The notes under the pieces: generated by a model
What the model was told of the DNA's origin: nothing
Databases searched by the model: none
The model's input: the letters and a program-made list of their open reading frames with translations, nothing else
Program-made: the position numbers and the translations under genes
Shown: piece by piece, positions 19,372 through 26,893 of the stretch
How the letters are laid out: each line of letters begins with the position of its first letter
Position numbering within the stretch: the stretch's first letter is position 1
Assembly: GCA_001443375.1 (NCBI GenBank)
Contig: LDXM01000006.1
Span: forward strand, 18,133-82,132
Origin: Chloroflexi bacterium CSP1-4
GTDB lineage: Bacteria; Chloroflexota; Limnocylindria; Limnocylindrales; CSP1-4
Length of the DNA stretch: 64,000 nucleotides
Direction of reading: 5' to 3'

Positions 19372-20426
19372 CAGAACTGCTCCAGGAAGCGCGCGTCGTT
19401 CTCGAGGAAGTAGCGGATGTCGTTGATGCCGTAGCGGAGCATGGCGATGCGGTCGATGCCCATGCCGAAGGCGAAGCCCTGGTAGACCTCCGGGTCGATG
19501 CCGCCGTTGCGCAGGACGACGGGGTGGACCATGCCCGCGCCGAGGATCGTCATCCAGCCGCTGCGACCGCAGGCCGGGCAGCCCCCGCCGTCGCACACGA
19601 CGCACTGGATGTCGAACGCCACGGAGGGCTCGGTGAAGGGGTAGTAGCCGGGCCGGAAGCGCGTCGGGCGCCCGGCGCCGAAGAGCGCGTGGGCGAACTC
19701 GTCGAGCAGGCCACGCAGGTGGGCCATGGTCGTGCCCTCGTCCACCATGAGTCCCTCCACCTGGAAGAACTCGAAGCCGTGGCTGGCGTCGACCGCCTCG
19801 TGGCGGAAGCAGCGACCGGGCAGCAGGGCCCGGATGGGCGGCCGCGTCTGCCGCATCACCCGCATCTGGCCGGGCGAGGTGTGGGTGCGCAGCAGCAACC
19901 GATCCCCGTCGTTGGTGGGCGCGTCCACGTAGAGGGTGTCCCACAGGTCGCGGGCGGGATGGTCGGCGGGGATGTTGAGCGCCTGGAAGTTCAGGCTGTC
20001 GGTCTCGACCTCGGGGCTCTCGTAGACCACGAATCCGAACTGGCCGAAGATCCGCGCGATCTCGCGAGTGGTCTCGACGAGCGGGTGCAGCGAACCGCGG
20101 CGCAGGGGGCGTCCGGGCAGCGTGACGTCGACCCGCTCGGCGGCCAGGCGGACCTCGAGCGCGATCGCGGCGAGACGGGCGCGGCGCTCCGCGATGGCCT
20201 CCTCGACGGCCTCGCGCACCTCGTTGGCGATGGCGCCGACGCGCGGCCGATCCTCGGCCGGGAGGGCCCCGATGCCGCGCAGGACCGCCGTCAGGGCTCC
20301 CTGTTTGCGACCGACGAAGGCGGTCTCGGCCGCCTCCAGCTCCTTGAGATCGTCGGCGTCGGCCACCGCCGCCAGGGCGCGCTGGCGGAGCGCCGCGAGA
20401 TCGGCGCTGACCGAGGCGAGATCCAC
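19371..20426 (-). CDS. pheS: phenylalanine--tRNA ligase alpha subunit
   Basis: Class II aaRS core (motifs 1-3, FRPGYYPFTEPS) plus an N-terminal coiled coil. Confidence 0.9.
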   Translation of the reverse strand: MDLASVSADLAALRQRALAAVADADDLKELEAAETAFVGRKQGALTAVLRGIGALPAEDRPRVGAIANEVREAVEEAIAERRARLAAIALEVRLAAERVDVTLPGRPLRRGSLHPLVETTREIARIFGQFGFVVYESPEVETDSLNFQALNIPADHPARDLWDTLYVDAPTNDGDRLLLRTHTSPGQMRVMRQTRPPIRALLPGRCFRHEAVDASHGFEFFQVEGLMVDEGTTMAHLRGLLDEFAHALFGAGRPTRFRPGYYPFTEPSVAFDIQCVVCDGGGCPACGRSGWMTILGAGMVHPVVLRNGGIDPEVYQGFAFGMGIDRIAMLRYGINDIRYFLENDARFLEQF

Positions 20427-20447
20427 GACCGCCGGCTCAGCTCGCCG

Positions 20448-20798
20448 TCAGGACGGGCGGGCGACCTCGACGATGCGGGCGAAGGTCGCCGCATCGCGCA
20501 CGGCGATGTCGGCCAGGACCTTGCGGTCGAGGGCGACGCCCGCGGTCTTCAGCCCGTTGATGAGCTGTCCGTACGTCGTACCGTTGAGGCGCGCCGCGGC
20601 GTTCAGCCGAACCACCCAGAGGCCGCGCATCTGGCGCTTCCGCTGCTTGCGGCCCACGTAGCTGTAGGCCATCGCGTGGAGGAGTGCCTCTCGCGCCGGC
20701 TTGATGAGCTTCGAGCGCGTGCCCTTGCGGCCTTCGGCGGCCTTGAGGAGACGCTTGTGTCGCTTGTGGGCGGCGACGCCGCGCTTGACGCGTGCCAT
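20448..20798 (-). CDS. rplT: 50S ribosomal protein L20
   Basis: MARVKRGVAAHKRHKRLLK... is a canonical L20 sequence. Confidence 0.95.
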   Translation of the reverse strand: MARVKRGVAAHKRHKRLLKAAEGRKGTRSKLIKPAREALLHAMAYSYVGRKQRKRQMRGLWVVRLNAAARLNGTTYGQLINGLKTAGVALDRKVLADIAVRDAATFARIVEVARPS

Positions 20799-20813
20799 CG
20801 GTTCGTGGTGCTC

Positions 20814-21011
20814 CTAGAGGTACGGCAGCAGACGCCGGATCTGCGCGGCGTGCGTGGTGTCGAGGACCGCCTTGCCGGCGTACCGGCGCGTGCGGCGTGA
20901 GGACTTCAGCTCCAGATGGTGTCCCCGCCAGGCCTTGACCCGGACGACCTTGCCGCCCCCGGTCACGCCGAAGCGCTTCTGGGTCGCCTTGTGGCTCTTC
21001 ATCTTCGGCAC
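20814..21011 (-). CDS. rpmI: 50S ribosomal protein L35
   Basis: (M)PKMKSHKATQKRF... is a canonical L35 sequence. GTG start at 21011. The upstream part of ORF 20814..21311 is not coding. Confidence 0.9.
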   Translation of the reverse strand: MPKMKSHKATQKRFGVTGGGKVVRVKAWRGHHLELKSSRRTRRYAGKAVLDTTHAAQIRRLLPYL

Positions 21012-21016
21012 GGTCG

Positions 21017-21640
21017 TCAGTCTCCTGCGGGGGGCGGGGCCGGCGGGGCCTCGTCCGGTGCCGCACCCAGCCCTGAGGCCGGTGCGACGGGTAGTGGCGG
21101 GACCGGCAGCGGGGCGCCCGCCCCGTCGTCCGTCGGCCCGGCGGCATGGCTCTTCGGTTTGTGCGTCGAGGTGATCACGAGCCACATCGACTTCCCCTCG
21201 AGAAGGGGCTGGCGCTCGATGGCGCCGTGCTCGCCGACCTGCTCGGCGAACTTGAGGAGCAGATCGCGGCCCAGGTAGGCATGTGTCAACTCGCGTCCGC
21301 GGAAGCGACACGAGACCTTGATCCGGTCGCCGTCCTCCAGGAACTGGGTGGCGCGGCGGACCTTGGTATCGAAATCACCCTTGCCGATCTTCGGGCTGAG
21401 GCGGATCTCCTTGAACTCGACCGACCGCTGGTGGCGGCGGGCCTCCTTCTCACGGCGCGTCTGCTCGTATTTGTATTGGCCGTAGTCGAGCAGGCGGGTG
21501 ACCGGCGGGGCGGCCATGGGAGCCACCTCGACGAGGTCGACCCCCTTCTCCTGCGCGAGCCTGAGAGCCTCGACGGTGGGCATCACCCCGAGCTGGCTCC
21601 CGTCTTCGTCCACCACCCGCACCTGCGGGACGCGGATCAT
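21017..21640 (-). CDS. infC: translation initiation factor IF-3 (true start probably non-AUG, upstream of 21640)
   Basis: IF-3 N and C domains. The conserved RINE motif lies in frame upstream of the first ATG, so the start is probably a non-AUG codon near 21660-21670 after an AAGAGGAA ribosome-binding site. Pro/Ala-rich C-terminal tail. Confidence 0.85.
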   Translation of the reverse strand: MIRVPQVRVVDEDGSQLGVMPTVEALRLAQEKGVDLVEVAPMAAPPVTRLLDYGQYKYEQTRREKEARRHQRSVEFKEIRLSPKIGKGDFDTKVRRATQFLEDGDRIKVSCRFRGRELTHAYLGRDLLLKFAEQVGEHGAIERQPLLEGKSMWLVITSTHKPKSHAAGPTDDGAGAPLPVPPLPVAPASGLGAAPDEAPPAPPPAGD

Positions 21641-21743
21641 CTCGTTGATGCGCAGGTCTCGACTCAGGCTCGTTCCTCTTCCGTGCGTTTGGGGGCCGGC
21701 AGGCGCGCGAACAAGGCCGACTCTCGGCGTCGGTTGCCCGCGG

Positions 21744-21773
21744 GACTATAGCACGGGCTTTCCGAGAGCCGCA
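21744..21773 (-). promoter_or_regulatory. candidate infC promoter (TTGCGG-N18-TATAGT)
   Basis: On the minus strand a TATAGT -10 (plus 21744-21749) lies 18 nt after a TTGCGG -35 (plus 21768-21773), between the thrS stop and the infC RBS. Confidence 0.35.
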
Positions 21774-21786
21774 ACGCGAGCCGAAG

Positions 21787-21808
21787 GTGTTCGGTGCAAG
21801 CCGAACAC
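21787..21808 (-). terminator. 8-bp perfect hairpin immediately 3' of the thrS stop codon
   Basis: GTGTTCGG-N6-CCGAACAC, two nt after the thrS stop. No U-tract, so it may be a processing/stability element or a weak terminator. Confidence 0.35.
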
Positions 21809-21810
21809 GC

Positions 21811-23646
21811 TCAGTCCGGCCGCCGCGCGGCCGCCTCCTCCGCCAGCCGCTCGGCCAGCTCCTCCCAGCCCACCGCCGGCTGCTGCTCGCCGCCGCGCGT
21901 CCGCGGTGACGCCGTGCGTGCCTCGGCCTCGCGATCACCGAACACGAGCATGTAGGGCACCTTCTGCTCCTGCGCGAGCCGGATCTTGTTCTGCATGCGG
22001 TTCGAGCTGTTGTCCACCTCCACCCGCAGGCCGCGCGCGCGGAGGACCCCGGCCAGCTCGCCGGCCGCATCGAGATGCCGGTCGGCGATGGGTACGACGA
22101 CCGCCTGGACCGGCGCGCACCAGAAGGGGAACGCGCCGGCATAGTGCTCGGTGATGATGCCGATGAAACGCTCGAAGCTGCCGTAGATCGCATAGTGGAT
22201 GACGACCGGCCGCTCGACCCCGCCAGCGGCGGCGCGGTACTCCAGCTCGAACCGCTGAGGCAGCTGGTAGTCGAGCTGGATGGTGGCCATCTGCCACTCC
22301 CTGCCCAACGCATCCTCGACGAAGACGTCGATCTTGGGGGCGTAGAACGCACCGCCGCCCGAATCGACCGCGTAGGCGATGCCGGCCCCGTGGAGCGCCT
22401 CGGCCAGCTTGCCCTCCGCCATCTCCCAGAACTCATCGGTGCCCAGCTTTTTCTCCGGTCGCGTGGCGAGCTTGAAGCGAGGCTCGAAGCCGAACGGGCC
22501 GTACTGACGGCGCACCAGCCGGAGCGCCAGGTTCACTTCCTCGATCACCTGGTCGTCGCGGCAGATGACGTGACTGTCATCCTGGGTCAGCTGCCGTACG
22601 CGGAACATGCCGGCCAGCGCGCCGGTTCGCTCGTTGCGGAAGAGCCAGCTGTAGTCCGCCAGCCGCATCGGCAGGTCGCGATAGGAACGCACCTGCGTCC
22701 GGAAGATCAGCATCGATTCCGGGCAGTTCATCGGCTTGAGGCCCGAGAGGTGGTCGCCGTCCTCGAAGACGAACATGTTCTCGCGGTACAGGGCCCAGTG
22801 ACCGGAGGTCTCCCACAGCTCCTTGCGCACGACCGCAGGGGTGCGCACCTCCACGAAGCCGCCCTCCAGCCGCACCTGGCGTGACCAGGCCTCCAGGGCG
22901 CGCCAGAGGGCCATGCCCCGTGGGTGCCAGAAGGGGGCGGCCGGCGATTCGGCGTGGAAGCTGAACAGGTCCAGGTCGCGACCGAGCTTGCGGTGGTCGC
23001 GCTTCTTCGCCTCCTCGCGCCGCCACAGGTAGCGCTCCAGCTCCTCCTGGGTCGCCCACACCGTGCCGTAGATGCGCTGGAGCATCGGCCGCTTCTCGTC
23101 GCCGCGCCAGTAAGCACCGGCCACCGACAGCAGCCGGAAAGGGCCGATGCGCCCGGTGGAAGCCACGTGCGGACCTCGGCAGAGGTCGATGAACGGGCCG
23201 TGCTCGTAGGTCGTCACCGGCGGCATCGGCCGGCCGGCCGCCCGGGCGGCGACGCCCAGGTCGTCGAGGATCTCCACCTTGTACGGCTGACCGCGCTCGA
23301 CGAAGAAGGCCCTCCCCTCCTCCGGCGGCAGCTCGTGGCGCACGAAGGCATGGTCGGCCGCGACCGACGCCGCCATGCGCGCCTCGATGGCGGCGAGGTC
23401 ATCCGGCGTCAAGGCCCGCGGCAGTTCGAAGTCGTAGTAGAAGCCATCGGCGATGGCCGGACCGATGCCCAGCTTCGTGCCCGGGAAGAGGTCCATGACC
23501 GCCTCGGCCATGACGTGCGCGGCGGAGTGCCGCATGGGGTCGAGCGGGTCGCCCGCGCTCGCGTCGAGCAGCTCCTCGACCGACCCTCGCTCGGGCGCGA
23601 CGAGGACCTCCTCGTCCGGCGGGGCTTGCCCCTGCGCTTCTGCCAT
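21811..23646 (-). CDS. thrS: threonine--tRNA ligase
   Basis: Second additional (editing) domain (HSAAHVMAEAV) but no N-terminal TGS domain, class II catalytic core (FRNERTGALAGMFRVRQ, GGGAFYAPKID) and a C-terminal anticodon-binding domain. Confidence 0.9.
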   Translation of the reverse strand: MAEAQGQAPPDEEVLVAPERGSVEELLDASAGDPLDPMRHSAAHVMAEAVMDLFPGTKLGIGPAIADGFYYDFELPRALTPDDLAAIEARMAASVAADHAFVRHELPPEEGRAFFVERGQPYKVEILDDLGVAARAAGRPMPPVTTYEHGPFIDLCRGPHVASTGRIGPFRLLSVAGAYWRGDEKRPMLQRIYGTVWATQEELERYLWRREEAKKRDHRKLGRDLDLFSFHAESPAAPFWHPRGMALWRALEAWSRQVRLEGGFVEVRTPAVVRKELWETSGHWALYRENMFVFEDGDHLSGLKPMNCPESMLIFRTQVRSYRDLPMRLADYSWLFRNERTGALAGMFRVRQLTQDDSHVICRDDQVIEEVNLALRLVRRQYGPFGFEPRFKLATRPEKKLGTDEFWEMAEGKLAEALHGAGIAYAVDSGGGAFYAPKIDVFVEDALGREWQMATIQLDYQLPQRFELEYRAAAGGVERPVVIHYAIYGSFERFIGIITEHYAGAFPFWCAPVQAVVVPIADRHLDAAGELAGVLRARGLRVEVDNSSNRMQNKIRLAQEQKVPYMLVFGDREAEARTASPRTRGGEQQPAVGWEELAERLAEEAAARRPD

Positions 23647-23915
23647 CGTCCGACCTCCAGGAATCGAAACAGCCTCTCGTCCATCGACAGGACGAGAGGC
23701 TGTGCCTCCCGCGGTCCCACCCGCCTTCGCCGCCGGACGCGCCGGCGACGCTCTCGTGGCCGCGCTAACGGGCGGCGCCCGGGCCGGTTCACCGGCCGCT
23801 CACGGGTGGTGGCGACGTCCCGCCGCTCCGTCGGGGCTTCCAGCCTCGGCCCCGACTCTCTGGTGGATCGGCTCACTGCTGATCGTCGCGTCCCGCTCGG
23901 CGCGTTGCTTCGCGA
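23647..23915 (-). promoter_or_regulatory. T-box riboswitch leader of thrS
   Basis: Minus-strand leader has the T-box sequence GGGUGGGACCGCG (plus 23710-23722). Next comes a terminator hairpin CAGCCUCUCGUCC-N8-GGACGAGAGGCUG (plus 23670-23702) followed by UUUCGAUU, then GGAGG and the thrS AUG. An AGAGAG box and ACC triplets lie upstream. Confidence 0.6.
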
Positions 23916-23992
23916 TGGTGGGCGACACTGGACTCGAACCAGTGACCTCTTGCATGTCAAGCAAGTGCTCTAACCAGCTGAGCTAGCCGCCC
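23916..23992 (-). tRNA. tRNA-Val (anticodon GAC), CCA encoded
   Basis: Folds by hand as a cloverleaf: acceptor GGGCGGC/GTCGCCC, D arm GCTC/GAGC, anticodon stem CTTGC/GCAAG with loop TTGACAT, T arm ACTGG/CCAGT with loop TTCGAGT, 3' ACCA. Confidence 0.85.
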
Positions 23993-24194
23993 GCGGCTGC
24001 GGATGATACCAGAGGGTCCGTGGCGGGCTCTGTCGGCCGGGGAATCGAACGGCCCCCGCGACGAGCTGTCTCACCTGGGGAACCGGGTGACGTCGCGGAG
24101 GCCTTGGGCGCAATGGAACGCGCCGCTCCTTGCACGCAACCTTGCCGAACGGGGCCCGTCCGCGCTCGGCGGTGCGTCTGTGCAACAGCGCTGC

Positions 24195-25916
24195 TCACGC
24201 GTCGAAGCCGGCCTCCCGGTAGCGCTCTTCGCCGTCGAGCAGGGTCAGGCGCGGGCGCGCCAAGGCCAGCGCGCCGCCGGGGCGCACCGGCTCGTCGATG
24301 ACAGCCGCGTCGAGCACGACAAGGTCGGCCGGCGAACCGGCCACGAGGCGCCCGCCAAGCTCGTCCCGCGCGGCCCGCCAGGGACCCGAGGTCGCCGCGC
24401 GGAGCGCCCGGTCCAGGGTGATGGACTCCTCGGGCGTCGAGGGCGGGACCCCGTCACCCCACTCGGCGGCCTGCCGCGTCACGGCCATCGCGATGCCCGG
24501 CCAGGGGTCCGCCGGCTCCACGGGCGCGTCGGTGCCGAATGCGAGGAGGCCGCCCGTCGCCTCCAGGCTGGCCAGCGCGAACGCATGGCGCGTGCGGTCG
24601 CCCCATGCCCGCCGCATGATGGTCTCGTCGCTGCGCAGCTGGACCGGCTGCAGCGAAGCCACGACACCGAGCCGCCCGAAGCGGCCGACGTCGTCGGGGT
24701 GGATGAGCTGGGCGTGCTCGATGCGCGGCCGGTATGGCAGGTCGGCCAACCGCTCCGCCGTGACGGCGGCGAAGGCGTCGAGCGTCGTGCGCACGGCGCC
24801 GTCGCCGATGGCGTGGATCATCGTGGCGATGCCCGCCTCCGCAGCCGCGGTCACGCGCTCGATCATCCGCTCGCGCGACTCGAGCAGGCGTCCCCGTGGC
24901 CCGGCCGGGAACGCGCGACCCCCGGGGTCCGCCGCGTAGGGCTCGAGCATCGCCGCGGTGCGCGAGCCGACGCTGCCGTCGCCGAAGAGCTTCAGCCAGC
25001 CGACCCGGAAGCGCGCCGCTGAGAGCCTCGCCTGGGGGTCGCCCGGATCCGCCGGCGCCACGCCCTCGCCGCTGTGCAGACCGGCCGCCACGGCCGTTTC
25101 CAGCTGCTCGTCGCGGACGCCGGCATGGACGCGCAACAACAGGCGACCCGCGGCGGCGAGGCGCCGGTAGACGAGCAGGCCGCCTTCCAGGGTGGGGTCC
25201 GGCGCGGTCGCGCCGGGGTCATGGACGCCGGCGATGCCCAGGGCGGCCAGGCGGTCGGCGTGACGGACGACCGCCTCCGCGAGGCGCTCGGACGTGGGAC
25301 GTGGGACGGCCTCCACGCCGATGCGCGTGGCGTGCTCGAAGAGGACGCCGCTCGGCTGCCCGTCCGCATCCCGCCCCACCATGCCGCCGGGCGGATCCGG
25401 CGTGCCGGCGTCGATGCCGCACGCGGCCAGCGCCGCGGGGCTCATCCAGCGCGCATGGTGGTCGTGGGCCCAGAGGGCGATGGGGCGGCCGGGCGCCACG
25501 GCCTCCAGGGCCCCCGCGGCGGGCAGCCGGCCCCAACGATCGGCCAGCCAGCCGTGGCCGAACAGCCAACCCGCGCGGTCGCCGGCCCGGACCCGTGCCT
25601 CGTGCGCGCGGGCGACGATGGCCAGCGCTTCCTCCATGGTGGTCGTCCCCTCGAGGTCGATCTCATCCGCGGTGACCGCGGCCTCGAGGAAGTGGATGTG
25701 CGCGTCGGTGACCGCGGGCGCCACGACATGCCCGTCCGGGATCCGCAGCCAACGTGTGCCGCGGGTGACGAGCACCCCTACCTCGGCCAGCGGACCGGCG
25801 GCGAGCACCCGCCCCTCCCCGACCGCGAGCGCCTCGACCCAACCCAGGCCGGCCTCGCCGGCGAGGGTCGCGATGCGCCCGACGACCAGCAGGTCGGCGC
25901 GGCTCAGGTAGGTCAT
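24195..25916 (-). CDS. amidohydrolase family protein (amidohydrolase 3 / metal-dependent hydrolase)
   Basis: 573 aa with the HxH metal motif (VTDAHIHFLEA) and amidohydrolase-3 architecture. Confidence 0.7.
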   Translation of the reverse strand: MTYLSRADLLVVGRIATLAGEAGLGWVEALAVGEGRVLAAGPLAEVGVLVTRGTRWLRIPDGHVVAPAVTDAHIHFLEAAVTADEIDLEGTTTMEEALAIVARAHEARVRAGDRAGWLFGHGWLADRWGRLPAAGALEAVAPGRPIALWAHDHHARWMSPAALAACGIDAGTPDPPGGMVGRDADGQPSGVLFEHATRIGVEAVPRPTSERLAEAVVRHADRLAALGIAGVHDPGATAPDPTLEGGLLVYRRLAAAGRLLLRVHAGVRDEQLETAVAAGLHSGEGVAPADPGDPQARLSAARFRVGWLKLFGDGSVGSRTAAMLEPYAADPGGRAFPAGPRGRLLESRERMIERVTAAAEAGIATMIHAIGDGAVRTTLDAFAAVTAERLADLPYRPRIEHAQLIHPDDVGRFGRLGVVASLQPVQLRSDETIMRRAWGDRTRHAFALASLEATGGLLAFGTDAPVEPADPWPGIAMAVTRQAAEWGDGVPPSTPEESITLDRALRAATSGPWRAARDELGGRLVAGSPADLVVLDAAVIDEPVRPGGALALARPRLTLLDGEERYREAGFDA

Positions 25917-26893
25917 CCGGCGAAGAACCGCCGCAGCCCTCCGGGGTCGAGCCCGGCGCCGAGGCCGAGCGCCAGACCGATGCGCGCCTTCGCGCCGCCA
26001 AGCGGGCCGGCCAGGATCGCCCCGGCGCGGACCCAGTGCACCCCGCCGCCGGGGAACGCGTAGGCGGGGCGCGCCTCGCCCGCGGGACAGCGCGTCGTGA
26101 GCACCACGGGGATGCCGGCCGCGATCGCCTCCTTCGCCGCCTCGAGCAGGTCGGGATGCGTGTTGCCCGCGCCGGTGGCGGCCACGACGATGCCGCGCGT
26201 CTCCGACGCCAGCGCCAGCCGCAGCGGTCGCCCGTCCTGCCCGACGAGCGCGGTCACCAGGTCGATCGGCTCGGCCGCCGCCTCGGGGATGGCGGGCAGC
26301 CAGCGTCGGCGCGCCCGACGGCGCACGATCCGCACCCGGCCCCCGAGCACGGATCCGATGGGCCCCTCGTTGAGCGCCTGGAACGTGCCGTAGGCGTCCG
26401 TGTGGGTCTTGGTGGCGTCGTCGCCGGGCAGGATGGAACCGGCCATCACGACGAGGGCACCCTGATGGCGGGCCTCGGGAGCCGCGGCGACGCGCACCGC
26501 GTCGCGCAGGTTGGCCGGTCCGTCGTAGCCCTCCTCCCCGGCGTTGCGCATCGCGCCCGTGACGACCACCGGCTTCGAGCCCGGCACGAGCAGGTCGAGC
26601 GCGAAGACCGTTTCGTCGATCGTGTCGGTGCCCTGTACGACCACCGCTCCGACGACGTCGGGTGGTTCGAGCCGCAGGCGCACGGTCGCGGCGAGGTCCA
26701 GGATCTGCGCGAAGGAGAGGTGCGAGGCCGGCACGAGGCCCCAGTCGACGGCGTCGACGGCGGCGATCTCGGCCAGGCCGTCGGTGCGCGCCAGGATGGC
26801 GGCCCCGTCGAGGACCGGCACGGCGCCGCCCAGGACCGGGTCGACGCGCATCGCGATGGTGCCGCCGGTGAAGATGACCGCGACACGGCTCAT
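25913..26893 (-). CDS. L-asparaginase (type I family)
   Basis: VIFTGGTIAM threonine-active-site motif, GxVVxxGTDT and the full asparaginase/glutaminase fold (326 aa). ATG 26893. The remainder of ORF 25913..27754 overlaps the MFS gene and is rejected. Confidence 0.85.
   Translation of the reverse strand: MSRVAVIFTGGTIAMRVDPVLGGAVPVLDGAAILARTDGLAEIAAVDAVDWGLVPASHLSFAQILDLAATVRLRLEPPDVVGAVVVQGTDTIDETVFALDLLVPGSKPVVVTGAMRNAGEEGYDGPANLRDAVRVAAAPEARHQGALVVMAGSILPGDDATKTHTDAYGTFQALNEGPIGSVLGGRVRIVRRRARRRWLPAIPEAAAEPIDLVTALVGQDGRPLRLALASETRGIVVAATGAGNTHPDLLEAAKEAIAAGIPVVLTTRCPAGEARPAYAFPGGGVHWVRAGAILAGPLGGAKARIGLALGLGAGLDPGGLRRFFAG

Noticed and set aside
16906-19944. 1012-aa version of pheT extending 191 aa upstream
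   Set aside because: The extension runs through pheS in another frame. The conserved PheT N-terminus MRVPLSWL starts at ATG 19371, overlapping the pheS stop.
17371-20900. Plus-strand ORFs 17371..19413 (680 aa) and 19524..20900 (458 aa)
   Set aside because: They are antisense to pheT/pheS/rplT, which are unambiguous. They are composition-driven open frames.
24030-24075. tRNA-like fragment containing GTTCGATTC (T-loop-like) downstream of tRNA-Val
   Set aside because: No foldable acceptor, D or anticodon arms could be built. It is only a T-loop-like 9-mer with a G/C stem. It is possibly a decayed tRNA remnant but not a gene.
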